Shown: piece after piece, positions 39,600-51,723 of the stretch
Layout of the letters: each line of letters starts with the position of its first letter
Numbering within the stretch: the stretch's first letter is position 1
Assembly: GCF_003918875.1 (NCBI RefSeq)
Contig: NW_025767291.1
Span: 434,001-498,000, forward strand
From: Haliotis rubra
Lineage: Eukaryota
DNA length: 64,000 nucleotides
Reading direction: 5' to 3'
The notes under the pieces: model-generated
Told to the model about the DNA's origin: nothing
What the model saw: the letters and a program-made list of their open reading frames with translations, nothing else
Databases searched by the model: none
Position numbers and translations under genes: made by a program

Positions 39600-40420
39600 C
39601 GACAGTGATCACACACTAATTCACAATACTCACAGCTAATTCCTATGAGCAGCAATGACAACACAACAGGCGTAATAGATAAATCCATTCTGGACACTGT
39701 CCTTCCTCAAGCTTGACCAAGCAACGTCTGTTAGTAGTCTATTTCCCTCTCTTAGGCACAATAATCACTCACAGCCTTCCCATCTACTCCGACTTGGAGC
39801 AAGTGCTTGATATATTCCTACGCGCTACCAAGCCGGTCGCACTTTTTTCGTTCGCGCAATAAACCGTTACGAGAACTGGAGATGTGATGTAATTGTTGAT
39901 AATACCCACTAAATTTCCGCATTCGTGCACATCTTTGATGAGATACCCGAGATGTTGATGCAAGGGTATAGTTCATGTAGCGGAAGGATCTCAACAGGAA
40001 GTGTGATGGGTGAGGTCGAAAACGAGGGAATTGACAGTTATCACGTGGGCTTTGTTGTGAACAGGTTTGTTCAGGAAAGTTGCAGTAGATAATGATATTA
40101 AAGATGTATATTGGCTTAGCAAAGTAATATTTATAGAAACAGCAGTAATAAGATATTTTGTTTATATAGATAGGCCCACCGTTGTTAGATTGTTATATTT
40201 AAGCGATAATGTTAAACATTAATTTCGTCAGAATAATTTATCCAGAAAAAAAGAAACACTGACTCACGTGAGACATTGACAATCGAAAAATACTACATAT
40301 ACGTCCTTAGTGAACTGATTGTTATCCAACAGAATCATGAAATTTCATACATGTGTGGATTATGTAAACAAAACATGTTCACGGGAATGGAAGATACACG
40401 TGCATGCGGCCTCGAACATC
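39600..40420 (-). promoter_or_regulatory. Candidate promoter / first-exon region of a minus-strand gene
   Basis: Non-repeat CpG-rich stretch. ETS-type CGGAAG (39981) and CAGGAAGTG (39995); E-boxes TCACGTGG (40041) and TCACGTGA (40264); minus-strand GTGAGT donors at 39772 and 39633. Confidence 0.35.
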
Positions 40421-40673
40421 GGTGAATATTGACCGGGCGTGGTGAGAGTTGGAACTGCTGACTGCACAAGTAATCATCCATTACATTCAGTCACGTTTTT
40501 AATTCATTTAAATAATTAATATTACAGAACTATCAACCACCTGGTCGCGATAACGCATGTTGTAGGGCACTGTATGTGTGTGATCGTCCACGAAATCGAC
40601 GAATTCATACTGGAATGAATGGCGGTGTGCGCGTGTGTGAGTGGTTGTGGGATATGGTGTGACGTATATCGTA

Positions 40674-40786
40674 CATGGTGCCGTTGTACAAAGCGATCTT
40701 TGTGCTAAGGTGACCGTAACTCCTATACCTTAACATAGACTTAAGGTAACCTTAGCGCTAAGGTTGTTTTGTACAACGGCACCCTG
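40674..40786. mobile_element. Small palindromic MITE
   Basis: GGTGCCGTTGTACAAA / TTTGTACAACGGCACC with further imperfect arm pairing. Confidence 0.75.
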
Positions 40787-41154
40787 GACAATATGTCTCT
40801 ATAACCCTTCTGTAGTTCTCCGATGTAAAGGCAACTCACAGATGCACTTTGCATTCCAGAACAGCAGCGAACATTTGTTAGTGCGGTGTGTGACAAGCTC
40901 GGCATACAGTGCAGCAGAGAATCGATTCACCAGTGTGTTATGAGATCATATTGTTAGGATGAATAATATCATAATCAGATGGAAATGCATTGTGTGGTCG
41001 GGGCTGGCTTGAAACACCTGTAGCATCGACACAGTGTTAACATTGTGTGATGTATAAACTGATTCGCCTCCACCAGCCCCACCGCCCGTTTTCCACCACC
41101 CCAACCACCCGTTCTCCACCCCACAATACACATACAGTTGTATTGGCTACTGTG

Positions 41155-42758
41155 TACTGAGCTACTGAATGTGTTGAGCTACTGAATGTGTTGAGCTACT
41201 GAATGTGTTGAGCTACTGAATGTGGTGAGCTACTGAATGTGTTGAGCTACTGAATGTGTTGAGCTACTGAATGTGAGCTACTGAATGTGTTGAGCTACTG
41301 AATGTGTTCACCTACTGAATGTGTTGAGCTACTGAATGTGTTGAGCTACTGAATGTGTTGAGCTACTGAATGTGTTGAGCTACTGAATGTGGTGAGCTAC
41401 TGAATGTGTTGAGCTACTGAATGTGGTAGAGCTACTGAATGTGTTGAGCTACTGAATGTGTTGAGCTACTGAATGTGGTGAGCTACTGAATGTGGTGAGC
41501 TACTGAATGTGTTGAGCTACTGAATGTGGTGAGCTACTGAATGTGTTGAGCTGAATGTGGTGAGCTACTGAATGTGTTGAGCTACTGAATGTGTTGACTG
41601 AATGTGTTGAGCTACTGAATGTGGTGAGCTACTGAATGTGTTGAGCTACTGAATGTGGTGAGCTACTGAATGTGGTGAGCTACTGAATGTGGTGAGCTAC
41701 TGAATGTGGTGAGCTACTGAATGTGGTGAGCTACTGAATGTGGTGAGCTACTGAATGTGGTGAGCTACTGAATGTGATGAGCTACTGAATGTGGTGAGCT
41801 ACTGAATGTGGTGAGCTACTGAATGTGTTGGTGAGCTACTGAATGTGGTTACTGAATGTTCACCTACTGAATGTGGTGAGCTACTGAATGTGGTGAGCCT
41901 ACTGAATGTGTTGACCTACTGAATGTGGTGAGCTACTGAATGTGGTGAGCTACTGAATGTGGTGAGCTACTGAATGAATGTGAATGTGAGCTACTGAATG
42001 TGGTGAGCTACTGAATGTGGTGAGCTACTGAATGTGTTGAGCTACTGAATGTGGTGAGCTACACTGAATGTGGTGAGCTACTGAATGTGTTCACCTACTG
42101 AATGTGGTGAGCTACTGAATGTGTTCACCTACTGAATGTGTTGAGCTACTGAATGTGTTGAGCTACTGAATGTGTTGACCTACTGAATGTGGTGAGCTAC
42201 TGAATGTGTTGAGCTACTGAATGTGTTCACCTACTGAATGTGGTGAGCTACTGAATGTGTTCACCTACTGAATGTGGTGAGCTACTGAATGTGTTCACCT
42301 ACTGAATGTGTGAGCTACTGAATGTGTGACCTACTGAATGTGGTGAGCTACTGAATGTGGTAGTGACCTAATGTGGTGAGCTACTGAATGTGTTGAGCTA
42401 CTGAATGTGTTGAGCTACTGAATGTGTGAATGTGGTGCTGAATGTGGTGAGCTACTGACTGAATGTGTTCACCTACTGAATGTGGTGAGCTACTGAATGT
42501 GTTCACCTACTGAATGTGGTGAGCTACTGAATGTGGTCACCTACTGAATGTGGTGAGCTACTGAATGTGTTCACCTACTGAATGTGGTGAGCTACTGAAT
42601 GTGGTGAGCTACTGAATGTGGTGAGCTACTGAATGTGGTGAGCCACTGAATGTGGTGAGCTACTGAATGTGTTCACCTACTGAATGTGGTGAGCTACTGA
42701 ATGTGTTGACCTACTGAATGTGTTCACCTACTGAATGTGGTGAGCTACTGAATGTGGT
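41155..42758. repeat. 17-bp minisatellite
   Basis: GAGCTACTGAATGTG(T/G)T with a TTCACC variant. Confidence 0.96.
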
Positions 42759-42781
42759 GTGTCGATTAGTAGTTATATTAT

Positions 42782-43045
42782 GGGATGTGCTTATTACAAA
42801 TGGTTCCTATTGTAGGCTGCTAGATGTGCTTATTACAAATGGTTCCTGTTGTAGGCTGCTAGATGTGCTTATTACAAATGGTTCCTATTGTAGGATGTGG
42901 GATGTGCTTATTACAAATGGTTCCTATTGTAGGATGTGGGATGTGCTTATTACAAATGGTTCCTATTGTAGGCTGCTAGATGTGCTTATTACAAATGGTT
43001 CCTATTGTAGGATGTGGGATGTGCTTATTACAAATGGTTCCAATT
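42782..43045. repeat. 39-bp minisatellite, ~7 copies with decayed tail to ~43230
   Basis: GATGTGCTTATTACAAATGGTTCCTATTGTAGG(C/A)TG(CTA/TGG). Confidence 0.93.
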
Positions 43046-43364
43046 GTAGGATGTGGGATGTGCTTTGGTACATTTTCGTACATTAACGCATGGTTAATTT
43101 TTGTTGGCCGCCGGGTGTGCTTGTTACGTATGGTTCCTATTGTAGGCTGTTAGATGTGCTTGTATGTGGTTAATTTTCGTAATCTGCCGGATGTGCTTGT
43201 TACGGATGGTTAATTTCTGTAGGCTTCCGGATGTGCGAATTGATATGATTGTAAAAGCATGTTTGGCTTGAATACAGACATAATAAATATATTGATGTGA
43301 AGTGATGCTGAATATACGTTGAGTGCTGCGTCGTTATTTGTGTCTGAAATGTAGATGATGTTGC

Positions 43365-43533
43365 TGACTGACTGACTGAGTTTGGTTTTACGCCGCTTTT
43401 AGCAATATTCCAGCAACATCACGGCGGGGGACACCAGAAATGAGCTTCACACACTGAACCCATGTGGGGATTCGAACCCGGGTCTTCAGCGTGACGAGCC
43501 AACGCTTTAACCATTAGGCTACCCCAGCGCCCC
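43365..43533 (-). mobile_element. SINE-A, (CAGT)n tail
   Basis: TSD AGATGATGTTGCTGA. Confidence 0.93.
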
Positions 43534-44385
43534 AGATGATGTTGCTGAATGTTGCTGATGTGGTTCTACCAATCCAAGGTCGTGTTAGTGTTTCAGTGTG
43601 TCTGTTGACCTTGAATATCCTATATACGTAACTTAACGTATCAACTGCTGTGAAAGACAATGGGCGTTGTATATTGTAAATTTGATTCATACAAAATTAT
43701 AGTGTGCACGACTCTGACTCTACCCCTTACCGACCTATGCGAAAATATATCGCCTAAATCCCTGACAATCAATCAATCAATCTCTCTCACTGGTACTCGT
43801 AAAAAGGAACATGCTATTTTACTTTTACTCACAATACGAGCTCGTATATTTGCATTTCTCAGAATATGCTTATGAATTTCCGATCTGCTGGATTGCAGAG
43901 AACCTCTACAGAACACGACAAGCATGACTGAGTCGCCTTGCGACATTGTCCCAGTAATCCTGTTGTTTTCTACTCATACCCAGGTACATACATCTCTGTT
44001 CTCATACAATATTCACAGAAACGATGAAGATCGATATTCCAAGGTGTGTTGCGTCATGCCCCTCTGTCTCGGAGCTCGAGTCTCGATGGCAGATAGCCAG
44101 CACATAATATATATGTAGTACATATATATTTACCTACGTGTTGTTCTTTGCCGTCAGACCATCGATGTCTTTGTACCGGTAGTTTCGGTTGACTGCTGCT
44201 AAATGATAATACATTATTGAACTTTGTTGCAAGTTACCAAGTACTCCCTTGTCGAAGATTGCAATTCAAAATGGTTTGCTATCGCTGAACGCCAAGCGCA
44301 AATCCAGGTGATCCCGGTGTCTCCGATTATTAGATTTGAATTAAGATAATTGAAATATGTGTGAACAGACAATTTTTTTACTATA

Positions 44386-44883
44386 TAGTCTGTTTACAGT
44401 GAAAACGTACCGATGAATTTCACTTTAAACAAAAAGTAAATCAAATAAAGTGAAATTAATATTGCGAATCGTCACAATTTTACCTTGCCATTGAACATTT
44501 AAATCTCAGAATTTTATTCATCTGAGGATAAAAGTTGTTTAACAAACGATCATACATTGAAATCGCTATTGTTGGTTGTATTACAAAGGGATCAGTGCAG
44601 TCAAACAAATGCACCGGTGCGTGATGAGCGTTAACTATAGAACCAATTCTCGTTCTCGGTGTTTCAATGTGCAAACCCCCTTGTAATACAAACCAATAAT
44701 AGCGATGTGAAACTATGATCGTTTGTAAAACAACTTGTATCTAAGTTGAATAAAATTCTGAGATTTTAATGTTCATTTGGCAAGGTAAAATTGTGAGGAT
44801 TCACAATATTAATTTCACTTTATTTGATTTACTTTTTTGTTTACATTGAAATTCATCGGTACGTTTTCACTGCAAACAGACTA
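44386..44883. mobile_element. Foldback MITE with ~200-bp TIRs, copy 1
   Basis: TAGTCTGTTT(A/G)CAGTGAAAACGTACCGATGAATTTCA arms; flanks TA / TG. Confidence 0.9.
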
Positions 44884-45017
44884 TGGAACTAAATTTAGTA
44901 CTTCGTCAGTGAAAGACGTGTTATGTTTTGGATTACTGTTTCCTTGTAAGATACAATGTTATACCCTGGGCGATAGAACATCTGAATGTTGATTTCACCA
45001 ACGTATGTTTGAAATAG

Positions 45018-45228
45018 ACCCGTGAAGATCCGGGTTAGAATTGATTTTGAGTAACCAATACTGGTCGTAGGAGGCGACTAACGGGATCGGGCGGTCAGGC
45101 TAGCTGACATGGTTGACACATGTCATCGGTTCGCTCATAATGCTGATCACTGGATTGTCTGGTCCAGACATGGTTATTTAAAGCCCGCCGTCATATTGCT
45201 GAAATATTGATTAGACGGCATTAAATAG
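45018..45228 (+). mobile_element. SINE-B
   Basis: GACCCGTGAAGATCCGGGTTAGAATTG...GAGGCGACTAACGGGATCGGG. Confidence 0.85.
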
Positions 45229-45490
45229 CGAACCTAGTCTCTGAAAATATGTAATTTTGATAGAACCAACTTCTTACATTTAAACTGAGCCCAGTGTGCC
45301 TTGAACCTGAGGATAATCTTGTCTTGCTTCGGTTATGGCTTTTCCATCGCCAGGCTCGATTATTTACAAACCGCCGCCATATAGCTTGAATATTGCTGGG
45401 TGCGGCGTAAAACTAAACTCACTCACTTTTGCATCGCAAAGGGTTGGGCTGAAGGAAAAAAATTTGGTTCAGGGACTATGAGACAGACTA
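45225..45490 (+). mobile_element. TAGTCCCTGAA-core element, copy 4 (split by a SINE-B fragment)
   Basis: TAGTCTCTGAA...TAATTTTGATAGAAC...GAGCCCAGTG...GGTTCAGGGACTATGAGACAGACTA. Confidence 0.7.
45351..45426 (+). mobile_element. SINE-B 3' fragment inserted in a MITE
   Basis: Tail stem-loop plus (ACTC)n; TSD TTTT(C/G)CATCGC. Confidence 0.8.
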
Positions 45491-45965
45491 GCAATTAGTA
45501 TATAGCTTGTACTTGCGCGTGTTCCATATCTAAGTGTGGCAAATTTTCCACAATAACCCATGCGGAAATAAATACCACCATAAACAGATTTGTAACGTCA
45601 TCGTCGTCAGACACTCCCTGAATTTTGGAGGAAAACCGTTTGTTTTAATTTTTCCCAAATGTTCCGGTTTCGTACACAACAGTCAGACAACTCATTCCCC
45701 TACTTAAAGCACTTGAGCCACTTTCATCTGAAAGTAGTCCCTTCCGACACGCCTTTAATAGACCTACTAGAGACCAAGTACTGCCCACTCTGTACAGTCA
45801 GTGAGAGAAGTCTGATGACTACAAGAAGTAAAATGTCCTTTGAAAAAGAGATGCGGCGTAAAACGTTATTCAAGCGCTTTTTTCACTGGGTTGAGGAATA
45901 GGACAATTTAATGGCTGTGACGTGTGAGGCCTGTTTCTGGGGTCTCCCGGAGTGTTTTCAGCTTA

Positions 45966-46487
45966 TAGTCTGTTTGCAGTGAAAACGTACCGATGAATTT
46001 CACTCTAAACAGAAAAGTAAATCGATTAAAGCGAAATTAAGATTGCGAATCCTCATAATTTTACCTTGCCAATTGAACATTCAAATCTCAGAATCTTATT
46101 CAACTCAGGATAAAAGTTGTTTAACAAACGATCATAATTTCAAATCGCAATTATTGGTTTGTATTACAAGCGCGTATGCACATTAGATGAAACACCGAGA
46201 ACAAGAAGGGTTGGTTTAAGTTAACGCTCATCACGTACCGCACGTGCATTTATTTCACTGTTCCATCTACTGCGCTTACCCCCTTGTAATATAAACCAAT
46301 AATAGCAATTTGAATCTATGATCGTTTGTTACACAACTTTTATCCTAAGTTGAATAAAATTCTGAGATTTCAATGTTCATTTGGCAAGATAAAATGATGA
46401 GGATTCGCAATCTTAATTTCACTTAATTTGATTTACATTTTTGTTTAAAGTGAAATTCATCGGTACGTTTTCACTGCAAACAGACTA
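45966..46487. mobile_element. Foldback MITE with ~200-bp TIRs, copy 2
   Basis: Same arms, TA on both flanks; the central spacer is inverted relative to copy 1. Confidence 0.9.
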
Positions 46488-46597
46488 TAAGTGACGTAAG
46501 GCCATACTCACCCGCCCCTTGCACTGTAAGCTGGGCATCATGTATACCTGTCTTACTCAGATATTGTGCTGCATACTATGTCTTTCTTACTGAAATA

Positions 46598-46864
46598 GAC
46601 TCGTGAAGATCGGGGTTAAAATTGATCTTCAGAAACCCATGCTTGTAAGAGCCGACTAACGGGATCTAACGGGATCGGGTGGTCAGGCTCGCTGACTTGG
46701 TTGACACATGTACGTCATCGGTTCCAATTCAGTATCCCAATTGCGAGATCGATGCTCGTGCTGTTGATAACTGAATTGTCAGGTACAGACTCGATTATTT
46801 ACAGACCGCCGCCATATAGCTGGATTATGCTGTGTGCGTTGTAAAACTAAACTCACTCACTCAT
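46598..46864 (+). mobile_element. SINE-B, full extent
   Basis: GACTCGTGAAGATC start through (ACTC)n tail. Confidence 0.88.
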
Positions 46865-47279
46865 TCTGAAATATTGTGCTCCATACCGTGTCTGTCTTCA
46901 CTGAAACATTGTGCTGTATTCTGTGTCTGTCACTGAAACTCACTCACTCACTCACTCACTCCAGAACCGCTTGACAAAATAACATTGCTTGTTTCTGTTA
47001 CATTGTTAATTTGCGATGCAGCGACAATGTGACAATTACTCTAGGACATCACACAGGGCACATTCCGCTGTACATCATCACAAAGTCGTGCAGCAGATGA
47101 CCCGACCTACACATAAACACCGCGGCACGGAATATATCAACGCAACCTTACCCAGATAATTGTCCTTGATTGTCTAACTATAGCATCGTGCCATTTACCG
47201 TGACTGACATTATCAGTATCTGAATCAACTACTAGTGGTAATCAGTCTCAATGGGGTGAGGTTTGGCGATACTACTGGA

Positions 47280-48052
47280 CAGATATAGCTGCACCCTGAT
47301 ATAGAGTCACCCTCATAATGCGGACAATATGAAGTGAGATGTAGCGATACTGTTTGACCGTTATCCTGACAATACGGACAGTACCCCTATCTGAATCGAG
47401 GGTGTATGGCGTGGAATGTAGTGATATAGCTACACCCTGATATAGCGTCACCCTGACAATACGGACAGTACCCCTATCTGAATCGAGGGTGTATGGCGTG
47501 GAATGTAGTGATATAGCTACAGCCTGATATAGCGTCACCCTGACAATACGGACAGTACCCCCATCTGAATCGAGGGTGTATGGCGTGGGATGTAGTGATA
47601 TAGCTACAGCTACAGCCTGATATAGCGTCACCCTGACAATACGGACAGTACCCTATCTGAATCGAGGGTGTATGGCGTGGCGATGTATCTGAATCGAGGG
47701 TGATATAGCTACAGGACCTGATATAGCGTCACCCTGACAATACGGACAGTACCCTATCTGAATCGAGGGTGTATGGCGTGGGATGTAGTGATATAGCTAC
47801 ACCCTGATATAGCGTCACCCTGACAATACGGACAGTACCCCTATCTGAATCGAGGGTGTATGGCGTGGGATGTAGTGATATAGCTACAGCCTGATATAGC
47901 GTCACCCTGACAATACGGACAGTACCCCTATCTGAATCGAGGGTGTATGGCGTGGGATGTAGTGATATAGCTACACCCTGATATAGCGTCACCCTGACAA
48001 TACGGACAGTACCCCTATCTGAATCGAGGGTGTATGACGTGAGATGTTCCGA
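47280..48052. repeat. 87-bp minisatellite
   Basis: CCTGATATAGCGTCACCCTGACAATACGGACAGTACCCCTATCTGAATCGAGGGTGTATGGCGTGGGATGTAGTGATATAGCTACAC. Confidence 0.94.
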
Positions 48053-48490
48053 TATAGCTACACCCTGATATAGCTACACCCTGATAAAGCTACACCATGA
48101 TATATCTACATCATGATATAGCTACACCCTGATAAAGCTACACCATGACATAGCTACATCATGATATAGCTACACCCCTGATAAAGCTACACCATGATAT
48201 AGCTACATCATGATATAGCTACACCCTGATAAAGCTACACCATGATATAGCTACATCATGATATAGCTACACCCTGATAAAGCTACACCATGATAAAGCT
48301 ACACCATGATATAGCTACACCCTGATAAAGCTACACCCTGATATAGCTACACCATGATATAGCTACACCTTCATAAAGCTACACCATGATATAGCTACAC
48401 CCTGATAAAGCTACACCCTGATATAGCTACATCATGATGTAGCTACACCCTGATAAAGCTACACCATGATATAGCTACACCATGATATAC
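48051..48490. repeat. 16-bp minisatellite derived from the 87-mer
   Basis: GATA(T/A)AGCTACA(C/T)C(C/A)T. Confidence 0.93.
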
Positions 48491-49095
48491 CAACACCCAG
48501 ATATAGCGTCACCTCAATAATAGGGACACTATCGTTCTGTGAAAGATGTTGCTGGACGATATAACGACACCCCCTCAGCCCCCACAACTCTAGGCCTGAA
48601 ATCAATGCGTGCTCAGGTCTAATTCATTCATTCATTCGATTTCATTCATTCATTCATATATTTATATATTGATGTATTTATTTATTCATGCAGTGATCGA
48701 GTTAGTTTGTAAGTATACATTTGTAGAAACGACAAGAATATTTCAGGGACTTAATGTCAGCCTCGGATTCATATCACGTGACCGCCTCACGACTGTAGTA
48801 AAGTAGATGCATCTGTCACGTGTCCATCGAGTGGCGCGTCACATCTTAAACTATGACGTCATAAGCCACAGTACGCATTTTCCACTGGTCTCCGCGAAGT
48901 GAGAAAAGCCAGTGAAATGCGCGGGAACCAGTATGTGGAGATGAACATTGTGTTATATTTAATATTCTTAGCGCTGTTGTGTGATTGACCGGGAATCAAA
49001 TCCTAAAAATAAAACACACGGAAATCTGAAAATACTCAACTTTCCGAAGGGGTTCAATATCTGCACATGGATTCTCAAATAATTATGACACTGTC

Positions 49096-49275
49096 TGGGT
49101 TAGAATTAATTGATCTTCAGCAACCCGTGCTTGTCGCTTAATGTGAATCCGGCCCAGGGTCGCTAACTTGGTTGACACATGTCATCATATCCCGATTGTG
49201 TAGATCGATACTCATGCTGTTGATCACGAGATTGTCTGGTCCAGATTCAATTTGTTTGCAGACCGAAGCCATGTA
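49096..49275 (+). mobile_element. SINE-B, decayed
   Basis: GGGTTAGAATT...GATCTTCAGCAACCC...TTGTCTGGTCCAGA. Confidence 0.75.
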
Positions 49276-49371
49276 TCGGAACGATGACTTGGTAAAATTA
49301 ATTGATACATCCTAATTGCCATGATGGATGGAGTCATATAACAAACCAATCCCCCCTTCAAACAAAATATA

Positions 49372-50894
49372 TACTCTCCAAAAAAAAGAAACGCATCATG
49401 AAAATAGCAATTTCATGTAGCAATGAATTAAAACGTGATTCATTTTACAAAAGGTTTTGCTCTGTTTATGAGTCCTATGGCGTTTATGTTTGGAAACATC
49501 ACAACAAAACGCACCATCCGTAAAATACCCGTATTTAACAGCATGATTTTCAATTTCGGCGTGTAGTGTCACAGAATACACAATTCACATGCAATGCACA
49601 TGAAAGTTGGGGATCAGATAGTCTCAATGATGGGTATAAAAGGCTGATCGCTGTCTGTCGATTATTCACGGTATTTGGAATATTGTTGACGAACGCAAAA
49701 TGCCACGTCTAATTAAGTGAAGGCAACAGTCATATCGCCATTGGTTTGCTTGAAGCTGGACAGTCTCAACGTGCAGTTGCCCGACGCATGAATGTTCACC
49801 AAAGCACCATTTCACGGCTCTGGGAGAGATATCGCCGGCAGAATGCGGTAGCAGATGCCCCTCGTAGTGGGCGACCTCGAGCGACCACTGCGGCGCAGGA
49901 TCGCTACATCCGGGTACATCACCTGCGTCATCGAACAGCTACGGCGACCAGTACCGCTCGACAAATACCCGGATTGAGGAGGCTTTCTGCACAGACCGTC
50001 AGGAACAGGTTAAGAGAGGCTGTTTTACGTGCCAGAAGACCTTATTTTGGCCCTGTGCTTCGACAACATCATCGTCGACATCGAGTTCAATGGTGCACCA
50101 ACGTTCAGGCCTGGAACCTACCGAATTGGTGTAGAATCTGGTTCAGTGATGAATCACGATTTCTATTGGAACGACGCGATGGAAGAATGCGGGTGTACAG
50201 ACGTCGACGTGAACGTTTCGCCGACGCTTGCATTCCCCAGGTGGACAGATTCGGCCGGGGAAGTGTTATGATGTGGGGGGCGATCACCTACCGTAGCAGG
50301 TGATGATCCAGGGCAACCTGACAGCTCAACGATACTGTGACGAAATCCTACGCCCACACCTCCTTCCAATCATTGATCGCCAGAGGGAGTTGTTTCAACA
50401 GGACAATGCCAGGCCCCACACAGCACGTCACACTAGAGACTTCCTCCAGAACCACAACATCAATGTGCTCCCCTGGCCCTCAAGATCACCGGACTTAAAC
50501 CCAATCGAACATCTGTGGGATGCCCTGGACAGACGGGTGCGACGCCGTAACCCTCAGCCCCAGACACTTCAGCAACTCGCACAGGCACTACAGACAGAGT
50601 GGGCTGCGATTGGGCAACACGAGATTCTGAGACTTATTCGTTCGAAGCCGAGGCGATGCCTTGCAGTTCTGGATGCCCACGGTGGTCACACGAGGTATTG
50701 ACTTCAGCGCCACCACACGTCTCCATGTGACACTCAAACTGACTTTCCTCGAGTTGGTGCCAAAGACGGATAAGTCTGCATTCCCAGTGTGCAATTTCGC
50801 TATATTTCATTGACTCATAAAGCTTACAAGATGTTTCAAAATAAACATAAAAATACAGTTGAAATTCATATATGCGTTTCTTTTTTTGAGAGTA
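49372..50894 (+). mobile_element. Full-length Tc1-family DNA transposon (DD34E), defective
   Basis: TIRs TACTCTCCAAAAAAAAGAAACGCAT / ATGCGTTTCTTTTTTTGAGAGTA flanked by TA on both sides. Internal TATAAAA near 49635 and AATAAA near 50840 bracket a transposase. Confidence 0.96.
49700..50701 (+). pseudogene. Tc1 transposase pseudogene with two frameshifts
   Basis: ATG at 49700 (MPRL), then a 4-nt insertion. HTH region with GRPR motif, WFSDES, WGAI; frameshift near 50300; then FQQDNARPH...WPSRSPDLNPIEHLW...GGHTRY*. There are 34 residues between the second D and the E. Confidence 0.95.
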
Positions 50895-51723
50895 TATATT
50901 ACATGTAAGCGGGGACTGCTCAGACTTTTATTCAAACGACACGGTGCGTCTGGTGAACCAGGTATATTCTGTTATAATCCGGGTTCGAATGCTAGAAATC
51001 TTTCAATGTTTGTCCACTGAGCTGTTTCTACCAACAAATACTTCAGCACGACTCTACAACGAAATATGAAGTGCGGCTGATGTGGGCACATTTTGCTGGA
51101 TCCCAAGTCGACGCAAGAGCTGTGTTCACAAGCACAAAAAAAATCTTTATTGTTCTGATAATAAAACCAAGCGGTATCCACTTGTACTTTCACAACACGA
51201 CATATTAGATACGAGAAAACGGAGAAAACATTGCACTAACCGATTACGATTGAGAGCCTAACAGCCAGCCAGTGGCAGGTGAAAAACGTATTACAATAAT
51301 CACATACAAAAGAAAAACGTGCAACGAGCTGTCGTTTATACTTCTAGAGGTAGGGACGTGTGGGGAATCATTTTATTAAAGACATGTATTTTCTCAAGCT
51401 GTCGCAATGGTCATGGCCGTAAAGGGCAGATAACTCATACTGATACTGAGAGTGGTTTCCCTTTACGGTGTCAGCACAACGTATTAATGATTGTCTAATG
51501 GATTGAACACTTTGTCGATTGCGCATTGTCGGATGACATGCTGTTTGGAAACCATTTAGAGCATTAATGACTATTGATGCAATGAACAAGCATTGCTCTC
51601 ACATTTTTTTGGCAGAACGAAAAGTTTCAGACAAAAGCCATAGTGTTGAAGACTGCAACCCAAGCTTAGATTATTTATTCAGATTGCAGTCAAATGTCAA
51701 CGGTTTACGTGTACTAGACTCTT

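Noticed and set aside
45018-45085. Pistol or canonical HDV ribozyme call for the SINE-B 5' region
   Set aside because: There is a partial resemblance to pistol (hairpin-loop pseudoknot, TTAGAAT linker), but P2 is missing and the HDV nested helices cannot be assigned. Reported only as an unclassified fold.
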